From Octopus sinensis (Eukaryota), in NCBI RefSeq assembly GCF_006345805.1, contig NC_043008.1, positions 36,022,001 through 36,086,000 of the forward strand: a stretch of DNA of 64,000 bases, read 5' to 3'. Positions 28,874 to 40,900 of the stretch are shown here, one piece after another. A program made the translations under genes and the position numbers. How positions within the stretch are numbered: position 1 is the stretch's first letter; every line of letters begins with the position of its first letter. The notes beneath the pieces are model-generated. The model ran no database searches. It was not told where the DNA came from and saw only the letters and a program-made list of their open reading frames with translations.

Positions 28874-29265
28874 GAGTGGCTGTGTGGTAAGTAGCTTGTT
28901 TACCAACCACATGGTTCCGGGTTCAGTCCCACTGCGTGGCACCTTGGGCAAATGTCTTCTACTATAGCCTCGGGCCGACCAAAGCCTTGTGAGTGGATTT
29001 GGTAGACGGAAACTGAAAGAAGCCCGTCGTATATATGTGTATATATATGTGTATGTGTGTGTGTGTTTGTGTGTCTGTCCCCCCTAGCATTGCTTGACAA
29101 CCGATGCTGGTGTGTTTATGTCCCCGTTACTTAGCGGTTCGGCAAAAGAGACTGATAGAATAAGTACTGGGTTTACAAAAGAATAAGTCCTGGGGTCGAG
29201 TTGCTCGATTAAAGGCGGTGCTCCAGCATGGCCGCAGTCAAATGACTGAAACAAGTAAAGAGAGA
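28874..29265 (+). mobile_element. tRNA-derived SINE family A (CORE-like), young full-length copy
   Basis: GAGTGGCTGTGTGGTAAG...GGTTCCGGGTTCAGTCCCACTGCGTGGCACCTTGGGCAA...GACTGAAACAAGTAAAGAGAG; most CpGs intact. Confidence 0.92.
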
Positions 29266-29699
29266 CACTAAGGGGCTGCAACTACATAGTGCGAGACATA
29301 ATTACTGTTATGATAAAGTATTATTATCATTATTAACAGTAATATAGATTTCTAGCATAGGCACAAGGCAACACATTATATCGACCCCTATACTTCACTG
29401 CTACTTACTTTATCGATTCCAGGGGGGAAGGCAAAGCCGACCCTGGCAGGAGCTGAATAACAATAATTATTCTCTCTCTCTCTGTCTCAGTCAAAACCAA
29501 CTAGTTTCGAAATACATTAACCAACAACAGCTTGTTCTTTTAACGTCAAATTAACCGCAACATATTGACAGAATAATTAGCGTTGATTGTGTAACATCAG
29601 TTTATAGTTCTAGCAAACTGTTGAATAGTCGACAATACGCTAAACAGAACACACAAACGCACTTAAGATACCCGTTTACAGAGACTAAATTTTCAGAAA

Positions 29700-31855
29700 A
29701 CTTCGGTTAACTGGGCTCTACAGGCCACCCCAAACACTACCACTGAATGCCTCATGAATATTCTTTTTTTGAAAAATGCCAATCTGATCATGTTTTAATA
29801 ATGGGTGACATTTAATTTCCTCTGTGTTGACTGGTCTACTCACATCTTGAAGATAGGTGCGTGCATTTCGACCCCCAGAGAAAGCAGCAATGGAATCACT
29901 TTTCGAATCCATGAAGGAAATTTTCCTGTCTCAATTCGTGCTTGTGGCAACGAGATACAACAAAAACACATTGGACGAAGTATGTTTAGAAACTACACTA
30001 ACACTATCCATAATATTACAGTAGAAAACACTCTCCTATCTGACTACGATATGATTATCTGTAGTTTGAGATACCGGCAACCAAAAGCGACGCAGTATGA
30101 TCTCGCCCCAGAACAGCCTTTTGACCTTCACAATGTTCACCGGAAGGCAATTACCCACGATGTTTCAATCATTGGTTGGTCTTTCATTCACTCTCACTCT
30201 AAGCAGCACCAGTACGTCCTGTAAGTTATTTATGGGCATTGTCACAAATACGGGTTCAAACCACAATCTACAGCGGTCCACGACCATAAGAGAACAGAAG
30301 AGTACCTATAAGGGAAATAAAAAGGACTAATCGAAAAGCCAACCAGCTAAATTATTGCCAGCTGCAACACCCGCACATGACAGATATAATTTTATTGGAA
30401 TCAAAGAAACATTATATCCAGACCTACATGAAGGCTATCATCGATAGTCAAAGAACAAAAGAGAAATGGACCACTGAGAAAATAAAAGTCAATCCCGAAG
30501 TGTTATTTGAGTTCGCCAAAGATCGCTGCCTCATCTGTTAGAGCTCTGGTAGATGAAGAGGACACCCTACATAGTGGTGCAGAAGATATAGTTTAAATTC
30601 TGCAGACGCAATACTGCTCCACTTTCAGCAATCCTGACAAACCCCCAGAACACTTTATCCGACATATCATTTAGCGCCTGGATATCATAACAGCTATTAA
30701 CACAATTACAAACAACTCGGGTGCAAACCGCGACAGGTTCCCTGCTAGAGTCCTAAAGGAGTGCCGTCATCAACTGGCATTCCTTTTAGCTATTCTCTGG
30801 AGGAAATCACTGGGCGTTGACTATATTCCTGAAAATTTCTTATCACAGTCGACTGTCCCAGTTTTCAAAAAGTGCAACAGTTGGCTGGCAATGAATTACC
30901 GACCGATCTCACTAACCTCTCATTTCATCAAACTATTTGAGAGAGTGGTGAAATCTTGAGTAACTCACTTCCTGGAGACTAACAGCCTACTTATTCTCAA
31001 CCAGCATAGTTTTCCATAGAGGCAGGGACTGCCTGACACAGCTCCTGCATCACTTTGATGACATCCTAAAGCTCTGGAAGAGGGCTCCAACGCAGATGTG
31101 ATCTATCTGGACTTCAGCAAGGCCTTTGACATGTTTGACCACAGAATCCTATTAAACAAAATATCGAACATTGGAATCCGAGGAAAACCATTGAAGTGGA
31201 TTAAATGTTTTCTGGTGAACAGAATTCTGGATCCTCGGGACTTTGCGATCTAGAGGCACTCCTACAATTATCCTTCTCCACCTTTTCCCATCCACACCTT
31301 GAATAGTATTCTCCGCTATAGTCTCCCCACAGGAAACAAAATATTATAAAAATTGAAGTACCTAAGAGATTGATCACAAGGGAAACTGACGGCATGACAA
31401 ATCTTGATTATTGGGATAGTCCCGAGAAACTCAAACTTTATTCCCTCCAATGCCACCGTGAGCGCTATATCATTTGTATGGAAAATGTTACAACAGCAAT
31501 GCCCAAATAATGTTAGCATCAACTTTAAAATTCACCCGAGTGCTATTCGTCCTCTACAAAAATTATGTTTGCGTCACATCGCAACACTAAGAACTATTTC
31601 ACCTCAACCGACCCGGCTCTCTTTAACATCATGCCAAGGCACATAAGAGACGAAAAAGTCCAGGACGAATATCTCCGACAAACTCCAGACAATCCACCTA
31701 CACCAGGATATATCTTGGCGAACAATAATTCTTTACTCGAATCGGTTACGGAACCAATGAATGATTCGTAATATGAAACATCATTAAATATCTTTTCCAC
31801 GTAGTGTTATGTTAGACATGGCCTGGACCAATTCTGGCCGAAACTTAGATAAGTA
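29700..31855 (+). mobile_element. CR1-like LINE remnant (endonuclease end plus partial RT, internally deleted)
   Basis: LLSDYDMIIC (endonuclease SDH motif), NYRPISLTSHFIKLFER, GRDCLTQLL, DVIYLDFSKAFD and WIKCFL, then a PHLE-YSPL-SP C-terminal block. Many stops. Confidence 0.9.
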
Positions 31856-32030
31856 TGATCTTATAGCAGTTATCTCTCTTGCTTGTTTTCCTAGTTTTAA
31901 AAGCCTCTAAAGGGAGATTTTGCCAATTAATTACACAGATAATATCAGTTATATATATGACTATATTCTAGCTATATTACATATAACATTATGGGACCCT
32001 AACGGAAGAGAAGTGACTGGTCAGTTTGGT

Positions 32031-32226
32031 TGGAGTTCTCAACCGGGGTCCGTATGACCTTTCGGGGGTCTACATAAGATTTTGTTGCTAAAATGTATGT
32101 GCTGGTTATACTTCTGCAATGCACACACAAAAAATGATACAATTTCTAATAGTATTTAATTATAAAACAGTTGAGTAAAATAGGGATCAAAGAGGCTGAT
32201 AGGTAAAGAAAGGCTTGAGAACTCTA
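32031..32226. mobile_element. hAT/Charlie-like MITE
   Basis: Termini GAGTTCTCAACC and GGCTTGAGAACTC are inverted repeats resembling the hAT CAGTGGTTCTCAAC TIR. Confidence 0.6.
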
Positions 32227-32249
32227 ATTCTAACTCATTCTACCCCAAT

Positions 32250-32421
32250 AATTCAGTTCTATATTTAAGAGATGAGGAATTATGTAAGTTATAAACATTT
32301 GACGGATGTTTGTCCTCATCTTGTTTGTTGTTAACACAACGTTTCGTATGATATGCCCTCCAGCCTTCATCAGGTGTCTTGGGGAAATTTCGAACCTGGG
32401 TTCTCATTCCTAAGGTATTTT

Positions 32422-32466
<45 letters not shown>

Positions 32467-32535
32467 TTATTGCCTGGAATCGAACTCGGAATCTTGAGGT
32501 TACTAGCCCGTGCTCTTAACCACTACGCCATATGC
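32250..32535 (-). mobile_element. tRNA-headed non-autonomous retroelement carrying a hammerhead ribozyme motif
   Basis: Minus strand: A box TGGCGTAGTGG (32530-32520), B box GAGTTCGATTCC (32487-32476), (AAT)n linker, then CTGATGA...GAAAC core (32373-32341). Confidence 0.75.
32333..32378 (-). ncRNA. Minimal type-I hammerhead ribozyme motif (Penelope-like pLTR type); stem II mutated in this copy
   Basis: Minus strand GACAC-CTGATGA-A-GGCTG-gagggcatat-CATAC-GAAAC-GTT-GTGTT. Stem I GACAC/GTGTT, intact CUGAUGA and GAAA, loopless palindromic stem III (AACGTT), GUU cleavage triplet. Confidence 0.7.
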
Positions 32536-32607
32536 TGGAGGGGTATATCAGCCGAAACGTTGTGTTAACAAACAAGAGGACAAATATCCGTCAAATGTAA
32601 ATAATGT
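32534..32607 (+). repeat. Inverted partial copy of the hammerhead-containing segment
   Basis: GCTGGAGGGGTATATCAGCCGAAACGTTGTGTTAACAAACAAGAGGACAAATATCCGTCAAATGT aligns to the reverse complement of ~32295-32364. Confidence 0.9.
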
Positions 32608-33542
32608 GCCAATAATAATTGTTTCTAATTTAGGCACAAAGCGAGCAATTTTAGCGAGAGGGGCAGGAATGAAATGCAAAACTGACCTCGCCTGGATTTG
32701 AACTCAGAACCGAAAACTGTCAGAACAATATTTTTTGGCGCTGCTCTAACGATTCTGCAATAAATAATACCGTCTGGCAGCTGAATAAGTTATGACTAAA
32801 AGTCAATTAATTACAACCAAGAGGAAATTTAAATAATAATAATAAACCTTAAAGTTTCCGCCACGGAAATTTGAAACTTATGACTCATAAGATAAAGATA
32901 TTTAAAGAAATGTTTCACAAGCGTGTTTGAATAAAAAGCTCCAACGAATCTCATTAGTAGTACAATTACACAGAGCACATGAAACCCTATTTGCCGCCAG
33001 TACGATTGTTGCAAGTACAGTAGCTATCTGTGCGAGCGTGTGAATGGATGAGTAAGCGAATGCGTCGAATACAAAACTAAAAAGCTATGGGGAAACAGGT
33101 TTGAGGTGTGTAATAAAAGACTGAATTCGAGTAAAAAATATATAAATAACAACAATAAAAGTAATATAAGAACTCGTGTATGAGAGGATAGCCAAGCAAA
33201 AAAAAAAGTAAAAAAAAGGGAAAAATTTTGAACACAGGTTGATTGAAGTTCAAAGCAAATTGAAGCACGCGATGTTTCATTGCAATAACAACAAACATAC
33301 ATATCGTACCCTACACACAACACATACGTCTACACCTTTAAGGGATGACCTATCGCGCACTTTTACTCTCATACTCTTCCATTCTAAATAAACGAGAAAC
33401 GAGCGAACGAGTGGGTGGGTGGGTGTCTGCCTAGTAATTTTAAGTCTGCTGTCTCTTGTATATTTTATTAGGACAGCAGGTAGCAGACTCTTTAGAACGT
33501 CGGATGAAATGCCTTATGATATTTAGTTATATCACTTTACGT

Positions 33543-33694
33543 CAGCCATGGGAAAACCTTTTTCCGAGAAACGGGGGCGTATGAGACATGGCTCACAATC
33601 AGGCTGGCCTCACTACTTAAAAAATTTCAAAGTAATTTTTCGTTATGTATGCCATTCAGAAAAAGTCCCGTGGACAGCCGTTTGTCAATGACTG
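33543..33694. mobile_element. hAT-type MITE with 8-bp TSD, inserted in a family B SINE
   Basis: TIRs CAGCCATGGGAAAAC / GTTTGTCAATGACTG; flanked by CTTTACGT (33535-33542) and CTTTACAT (33695-33702). Confidence 0.8.
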
Positions 33695-34002
33695 CTTTAC
33701 ATTCTGGTACAAATACCGCCAGCCTCAACTCTGCCTTTCGTTTTACTGTATTCGACAGAATAACTACAAATACTAGATTGTTGCTGTTTCATAAGTAGGC
33801 CAAGATCAAGCAGACTTATGATCAAATACGTTCCAGTTTCGACCTTCCCGTCTTTTAGGACTACCATCGTTCAACGAAGTCATTTTTCCTTTTCCTTTTA
33901 AAACGGTAGGATGTGATATAAGGGACTATTTGAGAACGATATAATAACAAATATCTTGATTCAATGTATAGATGAGAATTAACTCAAGAATATAAATATA
34001 TT

Positions 34003-34181
34003 CATTGCCTTATTGCCCACAAGGGGGCTAAACATAGAGGGGACAAACAAGGACAGACAAAGGGGTTAAGTCGATTACATCGACCTCGGTGCGTAACTGG
34101 TACTTATTTAATCGACCCTGAAAAGATGAAGGCGAAGTCGACTTCGGTGAAATTTGAACTCAGAACGTAACGGCATGAGAA
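34003..34181 (-). mobile_element. 5'-truncated family B SINE with 17-bp TSD
   Basis: AAGAATATAAATATATT at 33986-34002 and 34182-34198 flank a copy colinear with 35957-36181. Confidence 0.88.
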
Positions 34182-34559
34182 AAGAATATAAATATATTAT
34201 AAAACAATGTAACTGGGTATGTGGCAATGCTTAGGGGTTGGGATGGGGTAAACTGCAGTGTGTTTAATCTCTAAACCCTAACTACTTACCAAAACCACTC
34301 ACACCCAACATTACTCTCTTTCATTCATTGACTTTCTCTTCCTACCCAGAGATCCTCGCCGTTATATAACAAGAAACGAAGAAGCCTCAGTAATTGCTCA
34401 AACTGATAGAAATAGCATACAACTCAAATAAAAATTAACTTTAAAAAGGTGTGAAGACGCTGAATAATATAGTCTTAGTCCTAAATATTCAGAGATGGCC
34501 TGAGGTGAAGCAGCAGTAACAACAACAATCACTATTACAACATCAGTAAAATCAAATCT

Positions 34560-35600
34560 ACCGAAGGCTTGCTCTGTTTCATTTGCAACTGGCCCAACCC
34601 ACCATTCAGGATTTTGTTGAATACAATGTTTTATTTGACATCAGAAAACCCTTAGGCCACGTCTGGATGAAGGCCTAGTTCTCACACAAAGTTCCCACCC
34701 GTCTTACATTAAATCAGAAGTTTCCTGTCAGACACAATTTTGCACTACTTCTCCCAGCCTACTATCAACTCTGCTGCACACCAACACTTGGTTAGGTTTC
34801 CCAAACACTTGCTTCGGTTTATTAATGCAGCCTACTCGTTCACTACTAATAACCCACACTCCTATGCAGATATCACCCAACTCTACTATTTAACTAAACG
34901 GAACACAGAATCCATCCATAAGCAGCTTAAGTTTTAAGGTTTTAAGTTAAAACTTTCACACCGACCTTACCTTGTGCTTTTTTATGAACACTGACCCTAA
35001 GTATGTCTTAAGGTCTGTGTTCAAAGATACAATGAAATAAATTTGTACTTCACTCTCTCTACATATGAACAAACTGCTAAAATTTCCATTGTCGTCACTA
35101 TAAAATGCTAGTTTTCACAAGCTCAGATGATCATCCATAGCAAGTACACACACTATTATTTAAATCTGTATCACAAAAAAATTAACCATCTACAAAGCTC
35201 ATTAAGACTCACAACGAAGTGTTGATTACATACCTAGAGTAATATCACAGCTATATTGAGCTAAAATGGAAAGACAAAAAAACTTCACTGGCTAATTATC
35301 AAAGACTCATGACAACCTCAAAGCTCCCATATGAACGTTTCTTCCCTCTCTTTTATCATCACAACTTCTGTTCCTCTGAATTCGAGAACTGTAGCCCTGC
35401 TCATCCTTCAGAACTACCCACATCTCTCGCTCCTTTCCCTGTCAACCCCAATGTGTATCTATCACCATTCAGATCCTACTTTAAATACTTCGCCCAATCA
35501 TTTCTCTTTCATTCTCTTCAAGGAATGCCCTTCTTTTCACACACATGAACGTCGTCATAGGTATCGGCATGCAGACATCCAAACTGATCATCACAATCTA
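34560..35600 (+). mobile_element. Highly decayed non-LTR retrotransposon RT fragment (Jockey/CR1 group)
   Basis: ORF 34740-34937 INSAAHQHLVRFPKHLLRFINAAYSFTTNNPHSYADITQL is spaced like INSGVPQGSVLxPxLFLLFIND...HSYADDT; IRSFLSD lies upstream. Confidence 0.55.
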
Positions 35601-35732
35601 TCGCACAAATTTGCAGAAAGTTACAAAGTGACTCAAGGGCTGAAACTTTCATGCATGGCACTAATACACAAATTTTGGCCTCAGCCAATTTTGCAAATTT
35701 CTGTTGATATAAAAGCGATAAAAAAAGAAAAA

Positions 35733-36272
35733 GGTTCCAGGTTCAGTCCCACTGCGTTGTAAGTGGCTTCTACCAAAGCCTTGTAGGTGTACTTTGTAGA
35801 TAGAAACTGAAAGACATAAATACACACACACGTGTATGTGTGTGTCTTTGCCCTCACCACAGCTTGACAACAGGTTTTGGTGTGTTTATCTCCCCGTAGC
35901 TTATTGATTCAGCAAAGGGGAATGATAGAATAGTACCAGGCTTTAAAAAATATATATATTTCTTTACTACCCACAAGGGGCTAAACACAGAGGGGACAAA
36001 CAAGGACAGACAAACGGATTAAGTCGATTACATCAACCCCAGTGCGTAACTGGTACTTAATTTATCGACCCCGAAAGGATGAAAGGCAAAGTCGACCTCA
36101 GTGGAATTTGAACCCAGAACATAATGGCACACGAAATACGGCTACGCATTTCACCCGGCGTGCTAACGTTTCTGCCAGCTCATAAGCACTGGGGTTGATT
36201 TATTCGACTAAAAACTCCCCAAGGTGGTACCCCAGCATGGCCGCAGTCTCATGACTGAAACAAGTAAAAGGT
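35733..36272 (+). mobile_element. Family A SINE interrupted by a nested family B SINE
   Basis: Family A sequence runs to GTACCAGGCTTTAAAAAA (~35950) and resumes at TAAGCACTGGGG (~36183). Confidence 0.8.
35957..36181 (-). mobile_element. tRNA-derived SINE family B (Meta-domain-like), young copy
   Basis: Minus strand GAGCTGGCAGAAACGTTAGCACGCCGGG...GGTTCAAATTCC...GTCGACTTTGCCTTTCATCCTTTCGGGGTCGATAAATTAAGTACCAG. Confidence 0.9.
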
Positions 36273-37257
36273 AAATGACACACACACATCCACCCACTAC
36301 AGCTGAAAAGTAAATTGTAAGAGAAGTGATTATAGTCCTAACAGGAATCGAATGAGCACATTAGACTCTATTGTGCGCACACAAATCCAAGATCGTTGAT
36401 ATCAAAAGAATTAATGTGTAAGTGAATCGAAATAAAATGGTTGTTGAGACTTGAGGTCAACCATGATTAAGTGAACATTACTAGAATCATTCAAACCATG
36501 AATACCTTCTTATAATTTAAGCATTACATTAAGGGCAACCCTTTTCAAGCAGTGGGCTGCATGAAACCTAGCTCATCACTAGGCGAGCCTCACTACTAGA
36601 AAAAAAAAATATTCTCCAAGAAATATAGTTTTGCATGCTGATGTCAAAAACCGCACTCAAGATTTTTCTAGAAATTTAATAAAGAAGTTATGTCAGTGGA
36701 GAAAATTTGAGATACTTTCAGTGGTTGGAAGAAATCTAACAAGATCCTCCAAAGTACCAATCATTTTATTTTTAAAAAAAAATTTTTATATGAAAATGTT
36801 AAAGGGATATTTGGTTGCTATTTCAAGCAGGTACAGCGATAACAGAGAGGCTCCCTGTTGGCAAGAAATGAAACCGGGTCAACAGCTGTCATAGTAAGAT
36901 CTGACTGACAAACACAATAAACAAAAATGTGTGTGTGTGTGTGTGTGTAAGAAGGGAGGAGTCAATATCGAATGGTTATGTGCAAAGTAATTTTCTGTTA
37001 GCATCATTCCGTCACACACACACACACACACACACCGACTGACAGGGCATAAAAAAAATTAGGTCTATATAGTATACATTCACTCACATACATACAAGTG
37101 GATGACTCATTCATAGACAAATTTACACATTTCATATCTGAATAAAGCGATTAATGCTTAAGGTAATACATGTGTGTGCCTGCTTTCAGGAAACTGTGAC
37201 CTCATTAGCCAGATAAAAGAGTAATATAAACACACCACACACACACACACACACAAA

Positions 37258-37925
37258 TGGCTGTGTTTGTAGGAAGCTTGCCTCCCAACCACATGGTTTC
37301 AGATTCAGTTCCACTGCATGGCACCTCGAGTGTCCTCAACTATAACTCTGAGTCGACCAAAGCCTTGTGAGTAGATCTGGTAGACGGAAACTGAAAGAAG
37401 CCTGTAGTGAATGAGTGTAAGCTTGATAACCAGTGGATGTTGGCTTGTTTGCATCCCGTAACTTAGCGATTCAGCAAAAAAAAAAATTGATACCACAATT
37501 TAAAAAAATAGGTACTAGGGTCAATTTGTTCAACTATAACCCTTCAATGTGGTGCCCCAACTTGCCAATGACTAAGGCAGAAGGCTGCATGGTATGAAGT
37601 TAGCTTCCTAACAACATGGTTCTGGGTTCAGTCTCACTGTGCAGTACCATTCTACTATAGCCCCAGTTCAACCAAAACCTTGTGAGTGGATTTGATAGAC
37701 AGAAAGTGAAAGAAGTCTGTCAGGGTGTGTTTGTGTGTGTGTGTTTGCCCCCTGCCACCACTTGACAACTGGTGTTTTACATATGTCCCCATAACTTAGA
37801 AGTTCAGGAAAAGAGACCAACAGAATCAGTATTAGGCTTTAAAAAATAAATCCTGAGGTTAATTCATTCACTTAAAAAGTCAAGGCGTGACCGCAGCCTA
37901 ATGGTTGAAACAAGTGAAAGATAGA
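37258..37925 (+). mobile_element. Two tandem family A SINE copies
   Basis: Heads at ~37258 and ~37580, each with CAAAGCCTTGTGAGT...AGAC.GAAA.TGAAAGAAG. Confidence 0.8.
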
Positions 37926-40900
37926 AGATATATAAGTAAGATTTGAACAAAGTTGACGCCAACATTGGGACCAACTTTGTTTAAGCATGAAAGCATGCTG
38001 GCAAAACACTGCTCCTCTAAATAGAAACCTTACCTGTCATTGTGGTTTTGTGGTACGGTGTAAAGCAGGCCTAGCTGTCCACTCAAGAAAACAGTGAACG
38101 ATCTACAGGCACTCAAGAAAACAGAGTCCTCCACTTGTTCCATTTGCCAAAAGGTTTGCAAGGCACCAGTAGGCCTCAAGAGACACATTCATGTCCATAG
38201 AATATGATTAACACTTTGTTTTACTGAACCCTCATTTGTAGTTCACATAGAAGAGAATCCATCATGTGTATACACACACGTGTGTGTAGATGAGCAAGTG
38301 AAGGCAAAAGCTACCAGGTACTATTATATAAACCTATAGATTCCAGCTAACAACAACACTTGTGTAAATCAAACTTAAATTTACTGGACAGTTGCAAAGG
38401 ACTATCTTTTTTATAAAACCACAGCGATATAGTCTCTACTTTCTCACTTGACTAGGTTAGTTGCTGAAATCTCAATTGATTAAAATTAATCCAACCTACT
38501 ATTCCCTTTTTCTGTCAGCTGTGAGAATTTATAAAAAGATTGTCCAATGTCCTTGATTAAGATTGATAAGCACAATGTTTGTTGAAATCTCAAAGTTTAC
38601 ACTGTTGTACATCATAGCATGTAAAATGAACATTATTAACATATAGGTATTCAAAATATTCGATAAACTCAATTATTTGTTCATTGAATTAGCATTTAAA
38701 TGGTTGAGATGTGTACCCCTAGCCTTAGCATAATCCTCAAAAAGAATAACATTAATACAATGTTAGGGATAAGAGGGGGATTGCTGAATTACAGGTACAG
38801 TTCATCTGATGAGCTTCCACACTTTCCATCTCACCAATTTAACCAATGTTGTATCATATTCATCATCATGACACAAACACACATATATAATAGGCTTCTT
38901 TCAGTCTACCAAATCCACTGGAGCTGCGGTAGAAGACACCTGTCCAAGGTGTCGTACAGTGGAACTGAATCCAAAACCATAAGGTTGCAAAGCAAACTTA
39001 CTACAAAGCAATAAATATATATAATAGAATATAAATATGCCTACTCTATTAACCAATATATGAGCACCTATTTTTCCTAACTCATAAATCTTGAGACAGC
39101 CTTATATATGCGTTTGGATACGTGTGTACACACACATACTTAAGAATGTATTTCCATGCAAAGTTTACCAAAGTGCTCAAGAAATTTGAACTGTATTATA
39201 ATCCAATTATTTTGAATTATAGTGTAAATGAAGTGACACAAGAGAACAATATCTTCTTAATAAGATAATCATTTTTTCAATATATATCAGGACAAAAATT
39301 TGTTTCTTATGCACCTTTATATAAAAACTACACATACACACAATGCATAATCACCAACGCCTGAAAGAGCAAATCTTGAAATTTTGTGTGTGTGTATGTG
39401 TTTATATATACACACACACACACATACCCTTGTTAGTTTATAAAAACTGGAAACAAAGCTTGGTACATAAAAACCAAATCAAAATGTCAAACCCACACAG
39501 ACTGATAATGCATAGGACGTTTGTGGAGATATGGGAAGGTCGTGAAGGTATAAGCAAAAAAGAGTAGGTGAGGGAACAAATCCTAGTAAGAACTCCATTC
39601 AAATGATTGCAGGTTGGGGTCGTGCACTACATAGGCTTGGTAGCCTGACAGGTAATCCATTATATATGTATACCTATACATTTTGTGTTCTTTTGTAAGT
39701 GGTGCTGAGTATGTATGTATGGAATGACAATGGGATCCAAAGCTCTACTGAAGTCAAGTGTATTAAAATGGTACATATATGTAGGTGTTTTGTTGTTGCC
39801 GGCATCATATTTACTGTGTTAGGCTTGTGAAGAATGGACTAAATGTGTGTTGTGGTTTGGAGAGGAAGTACAAATTAGTGACGTCACGGGTCAACCCCTC
39901 TACAATTTTATAGGATGCATAAAGGACTTTCCTACATGTTTACATGACATCACTTTACTTGTGTTTTAGTTGTAATTTTGTCTACTGTCCATATTACTAG
40001 AGTTGGTACAAGGACTTGTAGCTATTTGTGAGTACAACAATTCCTAGACCTGGAAATCAGGTGTGTTATTGATTTTTGTGTGGCTCTGATCCTTTTAAAA
40101 TTTTCCCATTGTTTTTATATGCCTGATGGAAAAAATTAAAACAGAAATTAGAATGATGCTCTTCTAGGTGGATGCAGCATATGTCATTTATGTTCCTGTA
40201 GTTGATTTTTGAGCAATGTCTGACAAGCATGTTTGCTAGGTTTTGTAGAGTGGGTATCTTATTTGAGGTAACATACAGACAGCCTTATGTTATAACAAAG
40301 ATCTTGCCACCATTCTCCAGACACTGCTGCACAACTACTCTAAACTCTATTCAAATCATCAAGAAACTTCCACAATGACATACTGGAAATAACACCATCT
40401 AAATCCTCTGTTTCCCTTCTTAGCAACAGCATAAGAGACTATCAAATACAACTAATCCTCAGTAACATTAAGCATACCACACACGCATGTATACATGAAA
40501 TGCAAAAATACAAATAGTACAACTCTTCCAATATTCACAACACACATAAAAGATAGCGATGGAAGAAAATTGATGCACAAAATGTTATCTCTACAAGAAA
40601 CCACGACAAAATATGATGACCCAAATAGTGCCCTATGCATTATTATTATTATTACAAGTTATGGACAGAAATATTAAAATAATCAAAGGTTACCTAGTCA
40701 CGTAAAAGATATGGTTTTTACTACAGTAAGGATCAACCACTAAATCTCTGGCGTTACATAAAGAATCCATTCCTAAACATTATACATTTCATAGCACAAC
40801 TAGAAAAACTTGCTAAAATCCGCCATCCCACCTCCCACTCAACCCTGACAAACACAAAAAGTAAATGCACAAGTAACTGCAACATCAATAATTTCACTAG

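Noticed and set aside
29805-30330. 139-aa and 77-aa ORFs
   Set aside because: Pieces of the decayed CR1-like LINE, not host genes.
32465-32535. tRNA gene
   Set aside because: A/B boxes are present, but there is no acceptor-stem pairing and it runs into (AAT)n. It is a SINE-type head, as are the family A and B heads elsewhere.
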